Below are positions 11,412 through 24,169 of a stretch of 64,000 nucleotides of DNA, piece after piece (the stretch's first letter is position 1; every line of letters starts with the position of its first letter). A program made the translations under genes and the position numbers. Under the pieces are notes generated by a model that saw only the letters and a program-made list of their open reading frames with translations, had not been told where the DNA came from and ran no database searches. The stretch is taken from positions 868,001-932,000 of the forward strand of contig CDLV01000011.1 of NCBI GenBank assembly GCA_001244265.2. The letters are read 5' to 3'. Source of the stretch: Microbotryum violaceum (taxonomy: Eukaryota).

Positions 11412-13711
11412 GAAGTCACGTGTCCCCCGCGGCGCGACAATCGCATCGAGCTCTTTCTCAGCCCCCTGCCTGTCCTGATCTATGTATGCCCAACGTCCGC
11501 ACTTCTTCGGCCTTCGAGCCAACACAACGTATTTTGCCACGTCACCGCAAGACTCGCCATCAATTGTTGATCCCATCCGATGCCGTTCAGCAAAGCCGAT
11601 CGAAACGATTTGGCGTGAACAGCACGCCTGGGCGAGACACTGAACTAGCGCACTTTACACTTTACGTTGACAAAGACACGGAGTTGGGCTGTAATCCAAT
11701 GCTCATCAACCTACATGAGCCATCGATCGAGCAAGACCGCCATTAATCTAGCATCACGAGCGCACCGACGTCAGGCTCCCGAGGTCCGCCGTCCACCGCG
11801 TTCCATCGTCGTCAACCGCCTACAACGTCCCAAAGCATTCTTGAAGACAACCAGACCGATAAAGAAGCAAGTAGCAAAACTTGGAATACCCGCTGAGCAA
11901 TACCTTCAGATAAGCCAAGTTCAGGAGTCGCTGATAAGGATCAGGTCGGAGCCAACGTTGGTCGACCACGATCATTGGACTACGCAAGAAGTGCAGGTCA
12001 ATGTTAACAGCTCGAATACTAAGGATCATCTCGGTGATATCCGTTGCTAAGCTGACATCTATCGTCACAACATCTGCCATGAAATAGAGCCGTTAGAGAA
12101 AAGGTACCGTGAGTCCTCGCCCGACCATTAGCCGATTCCCCCTGCCACTCCATCTCGTGTACTGAAGTCGGCGTTTCTGTGTTCCCCGTTCCCAGAGGAA
12201 TGACTAGAAAGAAATCCGCTCATGTTACGATACCCAGTCCGACTCGTTCAACGCATCTATAGTCACTTTGAGCTACCCTTCGCTTCGACTTTAGTTCTAC
12301 CGAGCCCACCCGGTCCGTATGGTCAAAGATCCGAACGGACGCCGTCTCTCAAGTGAGCAGAGCAACGGACAAAGTCAGTTACTACTAAGAAAAATCAAAC
12401 ACACTTTACAAGCATCAGACGGCAAGAGTGTCGGGTCTTGTGCTCCCTCGGCGATTGAGGATTTGGAACTGCGGCGGGACGAAATCGTGACGCTATGCAA
12501 CCACTAAGATCGGAACATAAGGAGGATACAGATTGGCTCCACGACCTGCCATCCAGCGTGCCATCACTTCGCGCTACCAACAGCCTTTGTATGAAGCTCG
12601 CAAGAAGAAGGACTGGCGTGAGTTCATGCTCGGCGGACCATATGACAAGATCTTCTGACCTCGGCTTGATCCTTATCGGCATCGGTATCGATCGGCATCC
12701 TTCCCTGCGCTTCTCTCATGGGCATCCTCGGTATCTTGATATTTCATGGCCTTCAATTTACGAATTATCCCGCCATTCAGGATGTGCTCCAACGGATACC
12801 AGCGCAACAAAACGGTCCTCAAGAACGGTGATTCGAGACTCGCTGGTAGCTTGGATTGGCCTCGCCGAACCCGCGATCTCAATCGACCGGTGCCTTACTC
12901 TAAGCATTGGAACTCCAACACGGTGAGATGTTCGCACAGTTTTTGTGGAAGCCATTTCTGGTAAAGCAAAGGATATGTCTTGTAATTCACGTGTTCGTAG
13001 CTTGTTTGTTTCATTGCTCTTTACACTGCTGTCTGAGCTTTGAAAAGGCTTTGAAGTGAGGCGGCTGCGAGCGGGACTGTAAGCGTGTTTCTCAAGCTTA
13101 GGCATACCATCTTTGCCTGGTGTTGGTGTAAAGATACCGAATTCGGGCAAGTTAACAAGAGAGTACTATGCCCATGTACATCATGTGTTCGACTTTCCTT
13201 CTTCCCGCTTCTTCGATTCTTTTCTTTATTTCTTTCCTTTTTCTTTCTCTTTTCTTCTCCTTTTTCCTTCCCTTCGTTCTCTTTTTTATTCCTTTTTCTT
13301 TTTCCGCTTCGCCGGCAACTCCCTTGAAATGGGTGGCGGCCCAAATCTCGCGCGACCGCTTCGGACACGTGACATTGACGACATCCGAAAGATGCGAGAA
13401 AAATATCAAGGAAGGAACGCATCTACTACCCACTTTCCTAATCTAGCAGCTGTGAGAGTGTTGTGTGTACACAGAATCGACTCGAAGCAGAGAGTTGGGT
13501 GTAACCTGGGCCAAGTCGGCGCCCTAGGGTAGCAAGGCTGCACCTCGCTGTGGCAGTGACTTGTAAGGCGCGTGAGGGGGCGCTGCGCGCGCGCCTGTTG
13601 AGGCGGATTTTTTATGTCTGCCCGAGGTGGCGCGCGGATAAGTCCTAAGCCCCTTCACAGAGTGGAAGGCTTAGTTGACTCCACAAAGAGTGGAGGGCTT
13701 AGTTGAGCTTA

Positions 13712-13820
13712 GGTGAGGCGCGGCTTGCTGATTCACGTCGGCGCGAAGAACGGTCCCTCTGGGTCCGTGTGCGAGCCAGCTCCGAGTCGAAAATAACGAC
13801 GCGACTTCTCACCGCTGTAG
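13712..13820 (+). repeat. ~105-bp imperfect direct repeat, copy 2
   Basis: Matches 10690-10793 and begins immediately after the terminal ...GAGCTTA. Confidence 0.9.
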
Positions 13821-14430
13821 CTCAATGAATAGGATTCCCAAGAGTCTTCCCTTGGGGTGTGTGCTCGAAAGAATAGCATAAAAGTAACCCTTTTGCAACG
13901 ATTGTATAGGTTGTTTTTCTTTACCATGCTACAGCAAGGTGGTACTTTTCTGGGCCAAATTTCGATAGGCAACTCAGCCAAACGCGCGGATAAAGTACAA
14001 GCCCCTCCACTCTGTGGAGGGTGCACCCGTGGCCTGGCCGGCTGCAGCGGCCCCGGCGCCCCGGCGCTGGCGATGGGCCGCGGGCGATGTCAACCAGAGC
14101 GAACGCGTGCTATGTATAAACCAATTCAAGACATTACTACCAGCCAGCCAATCAAGAACCCACCATTACCACTTTGGTGCTGGAATCAGACGCGGGCAAA
14201 ACCAGGCTTGCTACTACAAAAGATGACTTGCAAATTTTCAAACTTGGAGATCAAGCTACACGAAGAGCATCAGGCAAGAGGCCGGAAAACAGAGCCAGCG
14301 AAACATTCATGAGCAAGGAAGTGTCTGTCGATAACAACTGTCAAAGAAAGGTTCAGAGCATAATTTACAAATAATTGAGAGCGAAACGGGGTGAGCTGCG
14401 ATGATTAGGACGATAGGGGTTCGCTTCCGC

Positions 14431-17400
14431 TCAGAGAAGACCGAGCGCCTCGCTGATGGTCTGGTTGACCAAAGCTTTACGAGCACCCAGGTCGCAACCG
14501 TAGAGCTTTTCCAATTCTTGTCGGACCCCCTTCTTGGTCAACGTCGAGAGATCGGCCGAGGCGAGGACTGCGCAGAGGCGAGAGACAACAGGGGTCAGTG
14601 TCAAAGCAAAGCTGCCGAGCGCCACTCTCAGGCGCTCTTCCAACTCACTAACTTGCGTATCAGCAACAATCTTCTCATTAGACGGCAACCCAACCCCCCT
14701 ACTCGACCCCGCGAACCCGCCGGGACCTTCCGACATCGCGTCCAAAACGAACCCACTCATGTGCCTCGCTCCCATCCCCGTCGTCGTCGCTCCGACATAA
14801 GGCGACGCCCCCGTCATAGCGTCCAACAATGATCCACGACTTGAGAAGGCGGGAGGGGCTTGCGATCCACCAAACTGGGATCCGGAGCCGAGGAAGGGGT
14901 TCGATTCGTAGTATTCTCCTCCTCCACCACCTCCAATGTGGCCGTAAACTTGGCTTTGACCTTGGTTTTCGCCATCGTAGGCGGCTCCTTCGCGCTTGGC
15001 GATCATCTCGCCGATCGATTCGTTGGAGCCCTGGAGAATGAGGTAGGTGCTTGGTCAGCCGAATGGATTTTAAAAAATGGTGCTCGAAAGCTATGCTCAC
15101 CTGCTCCCACAATTCGTTCTCAAAGTCCTGCCACGTTTTGAGCGGGATCGAAGCGGGATCAAACACGCCCTCATCCTAAAACCCCCACGCAGTCACAGAT
15201 CAGCTGCCAATCCTAAAAGGGGTGTCCAGAAACCGCATAGCAAAGGCTCACATGAATAATGAGTCGCTTGCCCTTCTCACCGACGATCTCGCGCGTCGAA
15301 CCCCAAGAAAAATCGTCCATCTGCCAGAAACTGACGATCGGCAACAGGAATGAAAAGAATGGGATCGCGATGATGTAGATGATCATCCAGACTGTGGAAG
15401 CAATTCCATACTCGATCAACTGCATTGACTATGCGCTTGCTAGAGTAGACCACTGACTCACCAATATGCTCGAATTTGCGATGAAGGATATAGATCACGG
15501 CTTGACAACCGTAAATGGCCGCGAGCATGATCAAGGCGAACGTCGGTATGACCTTGTGTTCACCCGCGACGGAGTAGATGAGGTAGACGATATAAGCGAC
15601 GGTGACGGGTGCGATGATGGTCGACAGTAGATCAATAAAGACGATGAACCTCATCGAGAAGCAACAGAAACCGCACAGCTTGTCAATGAACATCAGTTCG
15701 CTCAAGTTGTGCACAGTCGAGTTGATCCAACGACGACGCTGCGACATGAGCACCTTCCAATCATCCGGTGCGATCGTTTGGGCGTGTGCTTCGCGGCAAA
15801 ACTTCATCTTGAAGGCCGGGAAGCTCTTGAGCATGACCGTCGTCAGGTAACGATCTTCTCCTAGCGAGAGCAAATTTTTGACGTGCAACGTCTCGACCTT
15901 GTTTTCGCCGTACTCGGTCACAACGTTGTCGGCAATAATCAAGGGCTTGTGTTCGACGGAGCGGATGCGGTAGACCGAGAAACTGGAAGGACAACTCGGG
16001 CATCAGGACGATTCGTAGATGCGTGGACAGCTTCAACTCACCATCCGGGTAGGCAGGTGACGGTGCCGAACAAGCTCTCAAACGCCTTGGCCATGTGATG
16101 AGAGATGAAATACTCGTAAACTGCAAGAGATCGCTATCGTCAGCAGCTTCACTCCTAGCGCACGGGCGGTGAGATTGAGTTCCGCCGACCTTGCATCATT
16201 GTTGTCCACGAAGCTTTGGCATTACTCAGCGAGGTCTCGCCACACAGCCCAATAACCTTCTTGTCCTCGACGAATGCACCCACGAGATAGTTGAGCGAGT
16301 AAGGCTCAACCACCGTATCGGCGTCAACCATGAGAAGATACTGCCGTTCGAAATGCAAGACTGCTCAGTATGAGGCGAGGTTTGGGGAAAAGTCTGGGTA
16401 ACGTACCTCGTAAAAGGATGGGTTCACACCGATGACGTTCTTGATCTGATGGTAGAGTTCAAGCTCTGCAGGCGCCATCGGCGCATCGAAATGAACGCGA
16501 TTCAGGAATCGCATAAGCATCATCTGCGAATCACGCTTGCCTCGATTACCGGGACGAGATTGTTCGGTTGGTTTGCCGACCTTGACAAGGACGACGTAAG
16601 GAACGATATGTCCGGAGGCTTCATACAAGCCCGAATAGACCTTGGCCATGTTGTGTTGTTTCGCTCCCTCTCCGATCGACTTAAAGCTCAGGGGTTCCGG
16701 ATCGATCAAAGGGTCAGCGCCGAGGATGTCAAGCACGATCTGTGGCGTGGAGCGATCGTTGCCCGAGCCGACGATCATGCCATCGCAGATGATGCACAGC
16801 AGCTTGCGCTTGTCGTCGTACTTGAGCTTGGTCAACGAGTCGATGCACGCTCGTAGCGAGTCCTCGCCCTCGGTGTAGCATGGTACTTGACAGATGACAA
16901 ACTTGTCATAGTTCTCGGGCTTGCGCGCGCGACCAAACTGCAAGGCCGCGAGGAACTTGAACCCGATAATGGCGACCATGAAGCATGACAGGGCGATGAG
17001 GATGTACTCTGAAAATTTGCACTGCACCGATTGACGGTTGTCAACTTTGCCAACGAGGAAGAGGTTGCGCAAGCAGATCTTTTGGCGAGCCAGTACCGTG
17101 GCGTCGAGGTTGAGTCGGTTGATGAGCGTGGTGATGTCGGTGCCAGCGTTGGTCGTAAACAACTCGACAACCTGCCCAGACATGAACGCGCGATCGGTAT
17201 TGTTCGGTGCGACTTGACCCGTTGGAACCGAGACGCCTCCGCCACCATTGGTGACATAGGTCGTCAAGTCGTAGACCAGGCCGTCGATGACCGCAATATT
17301 GTTGCCCGAGCTGGCCTGGGACTTGAGCATCTTGGGCGTGTACCCCTTAAAGCCCTTGCGGAAATTATATCGCAGGTAAATCATAGCTGTGGAGAACGGG

Positions 17401-20400
17401 TCCATATGAAATTTAGCCCCCGATCGCTGAAGATCCTAGCACTGACCCACAGATCACTCACTCTCAGTATACCAATCCGGCCTGGAGTCGGTCGTCGAGG
17501 CACGGAAGTCGTGATATTGGGCCACCGTATTGCTCGTCTGATTCGTCGAGCTGAGCGTGACCCAGGGACTAACCGTGCCCGTGACGCCGTTGCACAATGC
17601 GCTGACCTGCACGGGAAAGATGCTCGTCGCATCCGTCCCACCGTACTTTTGGATCGACCGGATCGGAATGACGCTGGTTCCAGGTTGATGCTTAGGCGCG
17701 AAGCTCGTCAAGTCAAAGACCTCACCTCGGATTGCGACGAGCATGTTGTCCGGATCGTTCGAATAGGATCGCGACGACAGCTCTCCCGTCGAAAACACGT
17801 ACTCCCTCGGACAAATCAGGTTGCCGAGCACGACGATGACAAAAATGGCGCAGCCGCAAATGAACCAGATGATCATGTTGATCAACAGCTTCTCGCGCCA
17901 TGCCATGCGCACATCGCGGCGTTTCATCCCACCGACTCGCGAAAGGCAGAACGACGGGATCCACCAGGTGAACATCCAAGTCAAGGCGATCCAGCGCTTG
18001 CGGCTCGTGCTCGTGCGAACCTCTTCGACCGTCTCGTGGTGCTCCCCATCTCGTATCTCGGTATCGAGAGCGTTCTTGCCTTCGAACAAGGCGTTCCCGT
18101 TCGTGAAAGCCGAAGAGGGGTCCATCGAGCGATCGTCGTCCCACGCGCTTGCACGCCCATCGCCTTCGTCAAAATAACCCTTGGGATCGTAGTCGAGATC
18201 CGATTCGGCGTAGTAACCCAATCCACCCGGATGCACGAGCGGCAATGCAGCGTCCGAATCGTATGGGCCAAAATTACCAATACTGGCGTGAGGGGCAGCA
18301 TCGGCCATGAGGTACGGTGAAAAGGTGTCGACGGGCACTTGCGAGGGGTCCCGATCAAGCTTCTCGCGATTGCGGGCCTGTTCCTCCGGATCGGTCGCCC
18401 GAGTAAAGTCCTCAAGGTACCGGAATGCCCCATCGTTGAGAAACACCTTGGTCTCGCCAATGGCCATGTCGCTGTCAGAAAAGCCCAAAATCTCGCGCGC
18501 CTTGGCTGCCTTGTCACGGTACATCAATGGAGCGAGCACCTGTGTCGCTTGCATGAGTGCCGGCGTCCCAGAGTAGCGATCCCACCATTCCTTGATCTCC
18601 AAGTTGACGAGCCATTCCCCTCGTAACCTTTGCGCAAGTTCCGCGAGTCCCAACGCTCGAACCTGGTGTTTGAGCAGACGGGCATCAACCTGGTTCGGCA
18701 GTTGGGCATCGTTGGGCCGCAGGCAATAAACATGCCATGACTTGGTTGAGGCGATGGTGGTCAGCAAGAGCGACAGCGAATCTTTAACGTCGCGAACGAT
18801 TGAGCGGCTTGCGCTCGGCTTCAACTCGGTCCTTGTTGTGGCGGCAGCGGCATCGACCTCATCGACCTCGACGCTGGGATCGGCGAAAGGATTGACACGT
18901 CCTCTTGGTCGTCGGGTCGAGGGTGCACGCCGTGGAGTGACTTTCTGGGTGACCTCAACGATCGTGTTCTCATTCCGAGGGTGGGCGACCGTTTCGAGAG
19001 CACCACTTGTGAAGAGTTGTCGAACAAAGGAGAATGTCGAGCCACCTGTCCAGAGCTGGTCACGAGAGCTCGGTGTGGTTCGCCTGTGAACACCAATCTT
19101 GGGTTGCGATCCAGCGAGTAGCGTGACAAAGTTTGGAGAAAGGCCAGCCGAGTTGTCGCCGAGCAGATTCTCGGCCGAGTATGTGACTGGCCCATCCCAG
19201 TGGGCGACGGTGAATGACCCAGCTCGACCCGCCGCAGCATTGCTCTCCTTGACCTCGAAGCCATCGTGCTTTCCCCAGCGCTTCGACATGGCGCTCAACA
19301 TCGTCGCTTCTGTCTTACCCCGCCTTCGGCTCTGGTCATCAATGATGTGGACCAGTCCACCCGGGTGCGTCGTCAACAGTCGCGTCGTCTCCGAGTTTGA
19401 GCGATAAGCTGTCCTGAGGCCTGGCAAGCTTTTTTCGAGCCCTTCTGCGACATATTCCGCCTTTTGACCTTCGAATAGCTGCTCCATCGTGAAGCAGTAC
19501 ATGCGCTCCGCAGCCAAGTTGAACGTGAACGCATCGAGACCAGCACCTTCGCGGTGAGCCGCCGATGACGACTGCACAGGTCCGGGGAGGTCGACGAGCG
19601 AGATGAAGGTGGAAAAGTCGTCTCGACACAGCTTCTCGTTGAGGAATTCACTTATCCAGCTGAACAAGAGCGAGTACAGCGATTGTGCAAGATCATCTCG
19701 ATTCGAGGCTGCTCCGTCGGCGTCGAGAAAGATGGCACATCGCTCGCCACTGACCATCGTCGCCTTGTTCGTTAGAGCAAACTCGAGCTCAGACGCTTCG
19801 ACACCCAAGAACTCGGCCGCCGTCTCGAGCACGCGCACGTTCTTGACAACCGCAGAGTCCGCATTCCGGTTCTTGTCGAAGTAGAATTCAATGTTGCCGA
19901 GGTGAAGGATGGCAGCGAGGATCTGCAGGACCGAAGCGACGGCCTTTCTGGGGAAACCGACGGCCTTGAAGGCATCCTTGAGCTGGTTGAAGCGAGTGGC
20001 ATCCGCCGATGAACCCGACGTCGAAATACGATTATGTGATAGGTACTTGAAAGAGGTCGCCTCGTCGAGCTTGAGGTGGGCTCGCTCCTCTGGCCGGGCA
20101 CCGGAAAGGAGATAGTAGAAGGCGTGAAAATTCCGCTCGCCAACGACGGGAGAGGTTACACGAGACTTTTCGAGGTAGTACTCTAGACCTTTAAGACCAA
20201 CGACTCGACCTTTTTCCGAGAACTGCAACTCTGTATATCGTCCGAATCGAGATGCGTTGGTGTTGTAGATTGCCGAGGCATGACCGAACGAGTCGAGAAT
20301 GAAAAAAGCCGAGGGGATCGATGTAGCGAGTTTCGACCCTTTCTTTCCAACCGGCGGCAGCGAAAGGTCGATGAACGACTTGATCACGAGTCGGGCCATC

Positions 20401-20919
20401 TCCGTCTTGCCCGATCCGGTCTCTCCACTGTTTCGAGAGGAACGCAAGCGTCGGACAGCATCAGCAAAGGTTCCAGACGGACAGGGCCGAGCACATACCC
20501 CTCCCCGAGAGGGTCCATGCGAGCGAGGGTATCTGGTCGCGGTGACAAGACGAGAAGCGGCTGTACGACACTGACCTGAGTATTACGACCTGATCCTGAC
20601 CTGTCCGTCGCATGTGGTAGTACGCCCTGCCACTCAGAGCCCAAATGTGTGGTCCGAGTCGCCCCCTGACCCCTTCAGATCCACAGTCGGCATACTCGGC
20701 AGCCCAGTCGAGCAAAGTCGCATCCAAGTTGGCATGAATAGGCTGGTGTGGGTTGACGGCTACCAACACGCGGGGTGAGATGGCGGTGTACGGTATCCCT
20801 TCGAGAAAGCGAGCCCGGAGGATCGGGACCAGCTCGTTGGGTCCAAGTGGGGTAGTGCCCGAATAGTTGGTGATGTCGCCAAGCTCGAGCGGGTCAATAA
20901 CGACCTCAGCTTCCGGCAT
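14431..20919 (-). CDS. mcs1: Class V chitin synthase with N-terminal myosin motor, cytochrome-b5-like and DEK_C domains
   Basis: Myosin P-loop GETGSGKT and switch I NASRFG; AWREKL; b5-like [46 protein letters not shown] and DDFSWG; C-terminal DEK_C ([16 protein letters not shown]). Several GT-AG introns. Confidence 0.95.
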
Positions 20920-22186
20920 GACGGTGTGCCACGTTCTATCCGCGAGCAACAAAACAGAACAAATAGCTGTTAGCAACTGCCTTGCTGCATCGCGATCGTG
21001 TACAGCCCTGCTCACCGAAGAGAGCTTTCGCAGCCGACAAAGGCAAGCTGCGACCGAGACTGAATTGACGAAGCCGAGAAGTGGGTGCGGATCGGTGAAG
21101 ACGTGAAGCTCAGTTGCCAATGCGTGGGGTGGCTATTCGTAAAGCCGCAAAATTTGTTTCAGGTAAACAGAGTTATGCGTCTATATGGCGGGTGCGTGCG
21201 TGCGTGCGTGCTGTCGTCAAGTCAGTCGTTCGGTCGTTCGTTCGCGTCGTCGCGGCGCTCGATCGATTGTGGTCGCCCGCCGCCTCTGGCTCCGCGCGAT
21301 GTCGGAAAGCGGTGCACTCCGTGAGAATGGCACAGCAGTCCACAAGTAAGAGTTGGAGACCAAGGGGAGGCGTTGGGTCGTACAAGATCGTCGAAAGGAG
21401 AGTCAGAGAACAGTTCGTGAAACGAGAATGTCGCTGAGTGATCCCAACGCCCAACCCAAGCACTGGGGACTTAGTGTCCGAGCGGTGGGGGAACCAAGCG
21501 TACTGAACGTCGCGTTCGTGGTGCGCCCGCGATCAACTTGATTCGATCGCTCATGGCACGGGAATTCATTGCATCGGACACTTGGCAGCGCCATTCGATT
21601 TTACGCATTCATGTGTTCATGACATAATTGATTTGATTAGGTGACACGTCATCGCTGAATGCCGTATATCGAAGCTATTTCCCAGCTTGTCGCGCTCGGA
21701 CCTCTTGACCTCGAACCACTCCTCGATCCAGGGATCCAGGGAGCTCCCCTTTGTCCGATCGATTGTTGGAGTGCGCCCCCGGCCTGGTTTTATGTTTCTC
21801 GGAGTGATAATCTACTTTCGATACAAGGCTGGATGTAAACTTGTAGGCTTAAATTGTGTAATGTCACGTGACCGAGGTAGCTAGTTGCTGAACAGAGCTG
21901 GGCACCCGCCTAGTAGTTCCAGTAGCTAGAGCTTCAGACATCCCCGTCTCCAAGAATAACTGCCTTGAAGTGCACCTATCGACATCTCTCACAACTGTCT
22001 CTCTCAAAAAGCACCGATGCGAGTTGGGGAACAACCAAGAAGAAGAAGCTCTCCTGTCGGAAAGGGACATCTCGTTGCCCCCTATCCTGGGCCCACGCGC
22101 GGGAGAGCCGGCTGCCGCCTAGTCACGCGTCTCCCTCGCTTTCAGTTCCCGCCGCTCCCACCCCTCGCTCGCTTAGAAAAGACGCG

Positions 22187-23529
22187 ATGGGTTGCATCTG
22201 CTCAAGGTCACAGGCTGAATCTGGCCACGACGAAACGGCCTCGCTCCTCCCTTCTGACACGTCTTCATTGCGACCCGAGTCCACCTCCCAGTCCTCTGGC
22301 CGCGTTGAGGAGTCGACCAGCACTGGCACCGGTGCCACGACCCAGGCCGCCGTCGACGGCAGCCGCTCGGAACCTAACGCTACGGCGGGGAGCCCACCCT
22401 CTTCCTCGAAAGCGCGTCAACGCCCGCTCTCCTTGATCGATCTCCCCGACGAACTTATCGAGTACATCTGCTACTTCCTAGACCGCGACATGTGGAATCG
22501 TCACCTCTCGCTTCGTCACCTGTCGCTCGTCCGCAGTCGCTGTCGTGGACCGGCGCAAGCGAGGTGGAGGCCATTCCGAAGAATTCGACTCTGCTTGACT
22601 TCCTCGGCCTGTTTAACAACTACTTCTCAGACACTGTGGGGGGCCGTTCGCAACCATCCGAGTCCCTCGCCCGTGCAGCGCCTCGAGATCAAGGAAGGCT
22701 ATCTGCACGCTCCGTTCTCCCCACAGCTGCTGGCCTCGATCGCCGACCGGTGCGGCTACACGCTGAAAGAATTGGTACTAAGCCGCCTCAGTGAAGTCAA
22801 TCTGCAACAACTGAGTCAGCTTCCAGGTACGTTATTTAGAATAAAGGTAAAGGAACATCATCTCACTTGACGTGCTGATACTAACATGGAGGGGTCGTCG
22901 CAGGCCTCACTTACTTGGCCCTTCGGAGTTGCAAGTTTCATTACGGAGTGGTGACCCTTTCGACCATACGTCGCCTCGAGATCAATGCGCAAACCGTGTT
23001 GGACCTACCCGAATGCCACTTGCCTTTACTCGAGGATCTCGTCTTCTTCGATCACCGTGAATTCAAGGAGGGACTCGCGGAGAACAGCAAGTTTGAATAC
23101 TTGCTCACAAACATCGCCGACACGCTGCGTCGATTGTATCTGCACCCGATAGAGCGTGAAGCCTTCGAAGAAGTGGTATTAAGGTGGCTCCCAACCTGCC
23201 GCAACATCTCGCTCATCAAGCTCTTCGTCGAATATGGGACGGATCCGCGGGATGAAAGCGATCTCATCAATGCATTACCAGCCCATATCGCTCCAGCGGG
23301 GGTGCATAATTTGAGCCCCTCGGAGGACGACACGGATGGTCTCACCTTCAAATTTATCGAGTTTGACACCCTACTCGTGATCGCCAATCAACTGGCACCG
23401 GCGACCCCTTTCTACGGTGAGAATCACTCAGGACCAAAGCGCAGCTGCTTCCGTTTCGCATCGGATCTGTGCATCCATTCCGATAAAATTGATCGATCGT
23501 CGGGGCCTCGCATGAGACAGCGTTTGTGA
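22187..23529 (+). CDS. F-box protein with LRR-like C-terminus, paralog 1; N-terminal MGCIC lipidation motif
   Basis: F-box-like LIDLPDELIEYICYFL...LRHLSLVRSRCRGPAQ. Phase-1 intron 22827-22903 joins QLPG to LTYLALRSC. Confidence 0.75.
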
Positions 23530-24045
23530 CTAGGACCTTTGTTTGAAACATAGAGTTTAACTGCCGATGACACTTCGGTTCGGACGAGTCGCCTTGACGT
23601 TTCAGCAATATGTTGAAGCTCTTCACATGCCATCTTAAAAGCTTCCCGAACTCCCACACATTCACACATTCACACGTCCCCGCTTCCCGCCCATCATCCC
23701 CATCCTCATCTGAGCTGTTCTCATGCTGCGAGCTGAAGCTGCTGGCAGCGGACGACGATGTTTGGATCACGATCAGGGACGGGAGAGGAGGCCCTGCTAC
23801 CAGGGAGTCACACTTGATGTACGTGAGACATTCGTTCCGTAAGAGAGCTGTTTATCATCAAGTATACCCGTCATGACGTCTTACACTGCCGATTGGCGGA
23901 CATAGAGCCCCCCCTCAGCGTAACGCCAAATCCCCGAGGTGGCGGCGAAGGTGGAGGAGGTGGATGACGTCAGCAAGACGAGAGTGGTCGGGTAAACTTC
24001 CGGACGACGCATCGAGCTAAAGCCACCCCCTTCAAGTTTCTTCAT

Positions 24046-24167
24046 GAGAAGCAACAGTAGGGCAATACGATCTTTCACGGGACATACTTCACACATGTGT
24101 TCAAGAACCCCAACCCACCCTATTCCTTCACGAGAAGCAGAAGTAGGGCAATACGATCTTTCACGGG
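24046..24167 (+). repeat. Short direct repeat (~36 bp, 86-bp period)
   Basis: GAGAAGCA..AGTAGGGCAATACGATCTTTCACGGG at 24046-24081 and 24132-24167. Confidence 0.9.
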
Positions 24168-24169
24168 CT

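Larger units (their letters stand above)
9062..13711. mobile_element. Nested/composite DNA-transposon-like island with inverted termini (AcademH-like candidate, no intact transposase)
   Basis: Left end TAAGCTCAACTAAG...AGGACTTATCCGCGCGCC (9062-9116) matches in inverted orientation the right end GGCGCGCGGATAAGTCCT...CTTAGTTGAGCTTA (13629-13711). Contains a 449-bp inverted repeat and a RecQ remnant. No matching TSD at the outer ends. Confidence 0.6.

Noticed and set aside
13190-13310. Lys/Glu-rich or Phe-rich ORFs
   Set aside because: Artefacts of a CT-rich low-complexity tract.
11420-13500. Transposase gene inside the island
   Set aside because: Only short broken ORFs; I could not recognise DDE or CxC motifs by eye.
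17031-18320. Long plus-strand ORF opposite the chitin synthase (and similar shadow ORFs opposite PIM1 and QCR2)
   Set aside because: Antisense shadows caused by GC-biased codon usage of the real genes.
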